Position numbers and translations under genes: made by a program. From the NCBI GenBank assembly GCA_016208855.1, contig JACQXF010000057.1, positions 1 to 55,196 on the forward strand: 55,196 nucleotides of DNA, read 5' to 3'. Below, one piece after another: positions 49,798-55,196 of this stretch. Source of the DNA: Nitrospirota bacterium (GTDB taxonomy: Bacteria > Nitrospirota > Thermodesulfovibrionia > UBA6902 > DSMQ01). Numbering within the stretch: position 1 is the stretch's first letter; every line of letters begins with the position of its first letter. The notes beneath the pieces are model-generated. The model did not search any database. It had not been told where the DNA came from and worked only from the letters and a program-made list of their open reading frames with translations.

Positions 49798-51408
49798 TCA
49801 AAATTTTCCTATACAATGTTCCATCCCAAGAAGCCTTAAGATAAAGCAAATATCCACGCTGTTTTTAAGAATGCCTGCCCACTTATTTATTGCGTCTTCT
49901 CTGTATGAATGATAATCAACAGGGGTTTCTCTATGCGGCAGTCCCTTTCTCTGTCTTATGGAATTAAGCATGGCGTTTCTAAAATCATCATTATCAAAGA
50001 TTCCATGTATATATGTGCCCCAGACATTGCCCTCTGTTGAACCGTCTAAAATCAGTGACGAGTGACGAGTGACAAGTGACGAGTTAATATGATAGAGTCT
50101 TTTTATTTTGAATAATCCAATGTCTCCGGTTGTGTTTCCCATATGGATTTCATAACCCTTTAATTTTTCACTTCCTACTTCCCACTTTTCACTTATTATC
50201 TCCGCCTCTACCTGTGAAGTAACCTTTGTCTTCTCAAGCGTTGTCTCTATATCAAGAAGCCCAAGACCGTCCACCTCCTTATGGCTGCTTTCTACGCCAA
50301 AAGGGTCAGATATCTTTTGCCCGAGCATCTGGTAGCCGCCGCATACTCCTATAATAGAACCGCCCTTTGCACATGCCATTTTTATGCTTTCATCAAGGCC
50401 TGTCTCTTTTAAGAAGAGGAGGTCTTTTACGGTATTTTTTGAGCCTGGAATAATAACAATATCCGCATTTTCAATATCAGCATGGTTCCTTGAATAAAGC
50501 AGCTCCATATCAGGCTCATAAAAGAACGGGTCAAAATCTGTAAAATTGGAGATGTATTGCAGCTTGACGACGACTATTTTTATCTGTTTGAACGGTTCAA
50601 ACGGTTTAAACTGTTTAAACCGTTCAAGAATGAGCCCGTCCTCTTCATGCAGCCCAATATCTTTTATATGCGGCAGCACCCCAATCACAGGCCTGCCGGT
50701 CTTGTCTTCTATCATCCTTAGGCCCGGGCGAAGTATCTCCATATCTCCGCGGAATTTATTTACAATGAATGCCTTTATGTAGTCTGCATCACATTTAGAA
50801 TTGTTCAAACTGTTCAAGCCGTTTAAACCGATTGAACGGTTTGAACTGTCTTTTAGCAGCTCCACCGTCCCATAAAATGATGCAAAGACTCCGCCGTGGT
50901 CTATATCTCCCACGAGTATTACGGGAGAATTTGTATAACGGGCAACAGCCATATTTACTATCTCCTGTTTTTGAAGATTAATCTCAGCAGGGCTTCCTGC
51001 CCCTTCAATCACAATAACATCATATTCTTTTGAAAGCCTCTCATATGCTGATGTGACTGCCTTCCATGCCTCATCTCTGAAGGCGTAGTACTCTTTTGCC
51101 TTCATATTTGAATGGACTTTCCCGTTTAAAACTACCTGACAGCCTGCCTCTCCTGAAGCCTTAAGCAATACAGGGTTTATGTCATTGCGCGGCTCAATGC
51201 CTGCTGCCTCTGCCTGCAAAGCCTGCGCCCTTCCAATCTCTCCGCCTTCCCTGGTAATAAATGAATTAAGCGCCATGTTCTGCGCCTTAAACGGAGCAAC
51301 CTTAACGCCAAGGTCTTTTAGAATTCTACAGAGTCCTGCGACAATAGCGCTTTTGCCAACGCCAGAGCCTGTGCCTTGTATCATCAGTGCTTTAGTTCTT
51401 GATTCCAT
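49798..51408 (-). CDS. cobQ: Cobyric acid synthase
   Basis: ...LMIQGTGSGVGKS...FKAQNMALNS... and GATase ...GVCGGYQMLG...GYEIHMG. Four repeat inserts. Confidence 0.9.
   Translation of the reverse strand: MESRTKALMIQGTGSGVGKSAIVAGLCRILKDLGVKVAPFKAQNMALNSFITREGGEIGRAQALQAEAAGIEPRNDINPVLLKASGEAGCQVVLNGKVHSNMKAKEYYAFRDEAWKAVTSAYERLSKEYDVIVIEGAGSPAEINLQKQEIVNMAVARYTNSPVILVGDIDHGGVFASFYGTVELLKDSSNRSIGLNGLNSLNNSKCDADYIKAFIVNKFRGDMEILRPGLRMIEDKTGRPVIGVLPHIKDIGLHEEDGLILERFKQFKPFEPFKQIKIVVVKLQYISNFTDFDPFFYEPDMELLYSRNHADIENADIVIIPGSKNTVKDLLFLKETGLDESIKMACAKGGSIIGVCGGYQMLGQKISDPFGVESSHKEVDGLGLLDIETTLEKTKVTSQVEAEIISEKWEVGSEKLKGYEIHMGNTTGDIGLFKIKRLYHINSSLVTRHSSLILDGSTEGNVWGTYIHGIFDNDDFRNAMLNSIRQRKGLPHRETPVDYHSYREDAINKWAGILKNSVDICFILRLLGMEHCIGKF
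50053..50083. repeat. Hep-2 solo arm in frame in cobQ
   Basis: Peptide NSSLVTRHSSLI. Confidence 0.8.
50165..50197. repeat. cacttcc/tacttcc heptamers in frame in cobQ
   Basis: Peptide ISEKWEVGSEK. Confidence 0.65.
50584..50628. repeat. 9-nt unit array (GTTYAAACN) in frame in cobQ
   Basis: Peptide ERFKQFKPFEPFKQ. Confidence 0.75.
50800..50848. repeat. 9-nt unit array in frame in cobQ
   Basis: Peptide SSNRSIGLNGLNSLNN. Confidence 0.75.
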
Positions 51409-52141
51409 TAATTAGTTTCACCACAGGATATTTATCCCAAAACTCTATGATATTTAAACATCCATAATCCTGTTCAATCCTGAATATATTCTCAAGAGGT
51501 ATTCCCATTATCTCACAGAGGATTATCCTGTTTACGCCTCCGTGAGCAACAATGGCAATGTTTCCAGAACGTAGAGCACAGAACCCAGAACTCAGACTGT
51601 TTTTATCTGTGCTCTGTGCTCTGTGCTCTGTGCTCTGATTACTATGCTCCCCTAATATCTTATTCAACGCCCTTATCGCCCTCTCTCTAACCTCAATAGT
51701 GCTTTCTCCTCCCATAGGGCTATATTTAATGGGATTGCCTGCCCATGCCTCAAACTCCATGGGATATTTATCTTTTATCTCCATAAACGACATGCCTTCC
51801 CATATACCAAAGCTTCTCTCCCTAAGGTCATTAATTACAGATGGCTTTAACCCATGAGGCTTTGCAATTATCTCAGCGCCCCTTAATGCCCTTGTAAGCG
51901 GCGAGCAATAGACAGCATGCAGAACTGGTTTAGCAATTGAGGATGTACCGTGTATTTCCCTAAGGTATTCCTTATGCATTGAGTCGCTGGCGTTACTAAG
52001 GCTCTTAGCTATAAAGTCAGATGCGTCCCCCATTTGTCTGAGACCCTCCTCAGACAAAGGAACGTCAATGCTTCCCTTGTAGCGTTTTACCTCGCTTCCT
52101 TCTGTCTCTCCGTGTCTTATTAGATAAACTTTTGTATGCAT
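51392..52141 (-). CDS. cobC: Alpha-ribazole phosphatase (histidine phosphatase family)
   Basis: VYLIRHGETE...RALR... and HGG. One Hep-1 insert. Confidence 0.8.
   Translation of the reverse strand: MHTKVYLIRHGETEGSEVKRYKGSIDVPLSEEGLRQMGDASDFIAKSLSNASDSMHKEYLREIHGTSSIAKPVLHAVYCSPLTRALRGAEIIAKPHGLKPSVINDLRERSFGIWEGMSFMEIKDKYPMEFEAWAGNPIKYSPMGGESTIEVRERAIRALNKILGEHSNQSTEHRAQSTDKNSLSSGFCALRSGNIAIVAHGGVNRIILCEIMGIPLENIFRIEQDYGCLNIIEFWDKYPVVKLINGIKN
51564..51637. repeat. Hep-1 bipartite element in frame in cobC
   Basis: Peptide NQSTEHRAQSTDKNSLSSGFCALRSG. Confidence 0.85.
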
Positions 52142-52902
52142 ATCATCACCAATGGAAATATTACCTCTGAGACCTCGCTTACTGCCCCAAGCGTATCGCC
52201 TGTTAATCCGCCAAATCTTTTTTTGAAAAATCCCACTGATAAACGGCTGAATATATAGAGTGTCAGCATAGGGATTAGAAAGTGATAAAGAGAGCCTGCC
52301 ATCTTAACATTTATAAGCACGGCCATAAGCGAAAACAGGACAAGCAAAAAACCAGCCATGCGTAACTCCTGCCCACGCGTATTTTCAATAAATATCCTTC
52401 CAAGCCCGTCCTGCCTTGCAGAGCCGCCATGAAAAGCAGATGAAACCATTGCCCATTTTGAAAAAACCGGCATCAGAAACAGTGACAGGTAGTAAGTAAC
52501 AAGCGGCAGGTTAAAAAACAATACATTTAAAGTAAGATATTTAAGCAAGATGCAAAGAACTATCGCTATAACGCCAAAGGGCCCTGCTGTGCTGTCCTTC
52601 ATTATAGAGAGTTTTTTATTTCTGTCAGCCCTTGATGCAATTGCGTCAAATGTGTCTGAAAGACCGTCAAGATGAAGTCCTCCGTTAGTTAAAATAAGCA
52701 CAAGCATAAGAAGTCCGTTTGTTAATTCATGAGGAAAAAGCCTCGTAAAGACTATGCTTGCGACAACAAGCAGCAGCCCCTGAAAAGCGCCGACTATCGG
52801 AAAAAATGCAGAAGCCCTGCCGATATCTCTTTCAGAAATCTCTCCCTCTACCTTTACAGGCACAATTGTCAGGAATTGAAATGCTAATAAAATCTTTTTC
52901 AT
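52120..52902 (-). CDS. cobS: Adenosylcobinamide-GDP ribazoletransferase (cobalamin synthase)
   Basis: ...AFQFLTI.P...GLHLDGLSDT.D... polytopic, 260 aa. Confidence 0.9.
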   Translation of the reverse strand: MKKILLAFQFLTIVPVKVEGEISERDIGRASAFFPIVGAFQGLLLVVASIVFTRLFPHELTNGLLMLVLILTNGGLHLDGLSDTFDAIASRADRNKKLSIMKDSTAGPFGVIAIVLCILLKYLTLNVLFFNLPLVTYYLSLFLMPVFSKWAMVSSAFHGGSARQDGLGRIFIENTRGQELRMAGFLLVLFSLMAVLINVKMAGSLYHFLIPMLTLYIFSRLSVGFFKKRFGGLTGDTLGAVSEVSEVIFPLVMICIQKFI

Positions 52903-52913
52903 ATCTGTAGAAT

Positions 52914-52977
52914 CCGTTCAAATTGTTCAAGCTGTTCAAACCGTTTAAACGGGTTGAACGGTTCAAACGGTTTAAAC
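52914..52977. repeat. 9-nt unit array in the cobT-cobS spacer
   Basis: ccgttcaaattgttcaagctgttcaaaccgtttaaacgggttgaacggttcaaacggtttaaac. Overlaps the cobT stop. Confidence 0.8.
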
Positions 52978-54024
52978 TTTCTCTGCCACCCCTGCCTCTC
53001 CAAAAGTCGCCATCTCCTTATAAATCTTAAGCCCTGCCTCAATTACAAGCATTGCGAGAGCCGAGCCTGTGCCCTCTCCAAGTCTTAAGTCAAGGTCAAG
53101 TATTGGCCTCAGGCCAATCTTCTCAAGGATTGCCTTATGCCCTATTTCCTGAGAGTTATGGGCTGCGAACATGTAGTCCTTTGTCTTTGGCTCAATTTCA
53201 TAGGCTATAAGCGCCCCCGCAGTAGATATAAAACCGTCTACAACCACCGGAATCCTGTTTGCTGCTGCGCCAAGCACCAGTCCCGCAATGCCCCCTATCT
53301 CAGCGCCTCCGATTTTTGAAAGGATATCTATAGGGTCAGAAGGATTAGGTTTATTTACTGAGATGGCGTCTTTTATCACCTGCACTTTGTTATTCCACGC
53401 ACTGTCATTTATGCCTGTGCCCCTGCCTGTAATTTCCTCTACGGGCTTGCCTGTAAGCACCGATGTTATTGCCGCAGACGGCGTTGTGTTGGCAATACCC
53501 ATATCTCCTGTGCCAAAAATTTTGTATCCGCTCCGTGCATACTCATTTGCAAGTTCAATGCCTGTCTCAATGCATTTGAGTGCCTCATCTCTGGTCATTG
53601 CAGGGCCTCTTCTGATATTTTTAGTCCCTTTCATAATTTTCTTTGAGATTAACCCATCAGTATTTCCAAAATCATAATCAACCCCTATATCAACAACCAC
53701 AACCTCTGCGCCTGCATGCCTTGCAAGGACATTTATCCCTGCGCCCCCGCGCAAGAAATTTAAAACCATCTGCGGCGTTACTTCCTTTGGAAATGCAGAT
53801 ACGCCTTCCTCTGCAACACCATGGTCTCCTGCAAATGTAAATACAACTTTTTTATTAAGGTCAGGCATTGTGTTTTCAGCAATTGACACAAGCCTTCTTG
53901 CAAACTCTTCAAGCCTTCCCAGGCTTCCCTGCGGCTTTGTGAGGTTATCAAGCCTCTTTTGCGCAGCCTCAATAAATTTGCCGTTAACCGATTCTACTCT
54001 TGATAAAAACGTTTTTAGCTCCAT
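52972..54024 (-). CDS. cobT: Nicotinate-nucleotide--dimethylbenzimidazole phosphoribosyltransferase
   Basis: ...[12 protein letters not shown]...FAGDHGV...GDMGIANTT...GEGTG. Confidence 0.92.
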   Translation of the reverse strand: MELKTFLSRVESVNGKFIEAAQKRLDNLTKPQGSLGRLEEFARRLVSIAENTMPDLNKKVVFTFAGDHGVAEEGVSAFPKEVTPQMVLNFLRGGAGINVLARHAGAEVVVVDIGVDYDFGNTDGLISKKIMKGTKNIRRGPAMTRDEALKCIETGIELANEYARSGYKIFGTGDMGIANTTPSAAITSVLTGKPVEEITGRGTGINDSAWNNKVQVIKDAISVNKPNPSDPIDILSKIGGAEIGGIAGLVLGAAANRIPVVVDGFISTAGALIAYEIEPKTKDYMFAAHNSQEIGHKAILEKIGLRPILDLDLRLGEGTGSALAMLVIEAGLKIYKEMATFGEAGVAEKV

Positions 54025-54047
54025 GATTCCTCCAAATAATAAGTGTT

Positions 54048-54096
54048 AAAACCGTTCAAGCCGTTTAAACCGTTTAAGTTGTTTAAACTATTTAAT
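54048..54096. repeat. 9-nt unit array flanking the four-helix-bundle gene (downstream side)
   Basis: aaaaccgttcaagccgtttaaaccgtttaagttgtttaaactatttaat. Confidence 0.75.
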
Positions 54097-54104
54097 TAAA
54101 ACTG

Positions 54105-54491
54105 TTATTTATATTTCTCTCCCTTAAATTTACTTCTTTTTAAAGATTGGATTAAGTTATTTAGCATTATTGAGAGTTTTTTTAATTTCTCACTTATTTC
54201 CATCATTTCTTTTTCAATAATATAGTTTTGGTCTAATGCTACATAGAGTTGGCATCTTATCTCTCCACATGAACCTTTTGCTATATACAAGAATTGCCGA
54301 AATTCTTGATTCCCACCACGCTCAAACCCTTCTGATATATTAGACATAACAGACACAGAAGCGCGTCTTATTTGATCAACAAGACCAAAGTCTTTTACAA
54401 AGACTTTTTCCTTTGTAATATCGTAAATCAGCCGTGTTATTTCTCTTGCAAGTTTCCAAACTTCTAAATCCTCGAAATATTTAACAGCCAT
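54105..54491 (-). CDS. Four-helix-bundle protein (23S rRNA intervening-sequence protein family, TIGR02436-like)
   Basis: MAVKYFEDLEVWKLAREI...QIRRASVSVMSNISEGFERGG..EF.QFL.IAKGSCGE... GGAGGG RBS before ATG 54491 (ORF-track GTG 54506). Confidence 0.85.
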   Translation of the reverse strand: MAVKYFEDLEVWKLAREITRLIYDITKEKVFVKDFGLVDQIRRASVSVMSNISEGFERGGNQEFRQFLYIAKGSCGEIRCQLYVALDQNYIIEKEMMEISEKLKKLSIMLNNLIQSLKRSKFKGEKYK

Positions 54492-54505
54492 TTTCCCTCC
54501 TTTCA

Positions 54506-54537
54506 CTGTTTGAACGGTTTAAACAGCTTGAACGGTT
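54506..54537. repeat. 9-nt unit array flanking the four-helix-bundle gene (upstream side)
   Basis: ctgtttgaacggtttaaacagcttgaacggtt. Confidence 0.75.
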
Positions 54538-54543
54538 ATAACT

Positions 54544-55056
54544 TTATTTTATTCTTACCGGTATCCCGGCAGCCACCAGATAAACCTCGTCTGCTATCTC
54601 CGCCATTCTCTGATTTAAAAATCCTGCAAGGTCTCTGAACTCTCTCGCAAGTTTATTTTCAGGAACTATGCCCATGCCTACTTCGTTGGAAACGATAAAA
54701 AGTGACGAGTGACGAGTGACGAGTGACGAGATTAAGGATTCTATTTCTTTGCTAACATCTACTCCTTTATGCATGAGATTTGAAAGCCACAGCGTAAGAC
54801 AGTCAATGAGAATTACGTTATATTTATGCTGAATATTATTAATCAACGACACTATATTCAGCGGCTCTTCATAGGTATCCCAGCCCTCGTCTCTTTGCTG
54901 CTTATGCTTCTCTATGCGCTCCTTCATCTCTTCATCATGCGCCTGAGCAGTTGCAATATATGCCTTCCGACCTTTGAGCTTGGATGCCTCTTTCATGGCA
55001 AACGAGCTCTTCCCGCTTCTTGCACCGCCTATAATAAATGTTATCTTTTCGCTCAT
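54544..55056 (-). CDS. cobU: Adenosylcobinamide kinase / adenosylcobinamide-phosphate guanylyltransferase
   Basis: P-loop GGARSGKS, ...ATAQA.DEEM..RI..H...R. One Hep-2 insert. Confidence 0.9.
   Translation of the reverse strand: MSEKITFIIGGARSGKSSFAMKEASKLKGRKAYIATAQAHDEEMKERIEKHKQQRDEGWDTYEEPLNIVSLINNIQHKYNVILIDCLTLWLSNLMHKGVDVSKEIESLISSLVTRHSSLFIVSNEVGMGIVPENKLAREFRDLAGFLNQRMAEIADEVYLVAAGIPVRIK
54700..54730. repeat. Hep-2 solo arm (agtgacg x4) in frame in cobU
   Basis: Peptide SSLVTRHSSLF. Confidence 0.8.
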
Positions 55057-55063
55057 AAATCGA

Positions 55064-55196
55064 GTAGGAGGTAGGTGATTATTTCACCTACCGTCCTCTC
55101 ACACCACCGTACGTGCCGTTCGGCATACGGCGGTTCGTATAGTTATAAAGAACAACTGTAAACATCGGTTAGCCCGACAAGGCCGCTTCTTCGGAA
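55064..55196 (-). mobile_element. 3' end of a group II intron (domains V-VI), continuing beyond the window
   Basis: Minus strand: CCGCCGTATGCCGAACGGCACGTACGGTGG folds as domain V. That gives a CGC triad with a G.U pair, a bulge, and an upper stem GCC-GAAC-GGC. It is followed by a domain VI-like hairpin GGTAGGTG-AAATAAT-CACCTACC and the terminal ...CCTAC at 55064. Confidence 0.65.

Noticed and set aside
25531-54730. Heptamer and 9-mer arrays as CRISPR arrays
   Set aside because: The units are 6-9 nt and directly tandem, or form arm-loop-arm palindromes. There are no ~30-nt unique spacers between ~30-nt repeats, and no cas genes.

Overview
55.2-kb window, apparently from an anaerobic and probably uncultured bacterium (the taxonomic guess is not verifiable here). 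Nearly all genes are on the minus strand. I found no rRNA, tRNA or CRISPR array.

Left ~25 kb, housekeeping and energy genes: cobA-hemD (partial), an AAA ATPase, murA, prmC, prfA, rpmE, a PilZ protein, rnfCDGEAB, ald, a secreted LamG protein, a Tat-exported selenocysteine formate dehydrogenase fdnGHI (+ strand), nupC, slp, rdgB, pdxA, ridA, an HD protein and a GDPD phosphodiesterase.

Right ~30 kb, one long minus-strand anaerobic (cbi-type) cobalamin and cobalt-uptake supercluster. Transcription order is cobU, four-helix-bundle gene, cobT, cobS, cobC, cobQ, cbiB, cbiA, cbiX-cbiC, B12 riboswitch, OM channel, cbiMNQO, cobO, cbiD, cbiET, cbiL, cbiF, [inserted island], cbiGH, GATase-like ORF, cobD, small peptide, radical-SAM/SPASM enzyme.

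Most notable observations:
1. A 4.2-kb AT-richer island splits the cbi operon. It carries dinD, a GHKL-ATPase::HEPN(Rx4H) fusion, an m5C methyltransferase, vsr and a 43-codon stump of a Res-like helicase. I treat it as a candidate uncharacterised defence module.
2. An unannotated 52-codon ORF with a strong SD lies directly upstream of the rSAM/SPASM enzyme (RiPP-like pair inside the B12 cluster).
3. Roughly 40 short elements built from 7-nt (some 6-, 8- or 9-nt) units, many of them bipartite palindromes, are inserted in frame into the cobalamin enzymes. They produce 7-residue-periodic peptide inserts (SSLVTRH, TEHRAQN, GIGDWGL). They are also found in a riboswitch loop, in gene starts and in gene ends.
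4. There are several families of ~140-170-bp MITE-like elements, some inside operon spacers.
5. cbiD carries a frameshift at an 8-bp tandem duplication.
6. The 3' end of a group II intron (domain V with a CGC triad) ends 7 nt before the cobU start codon.
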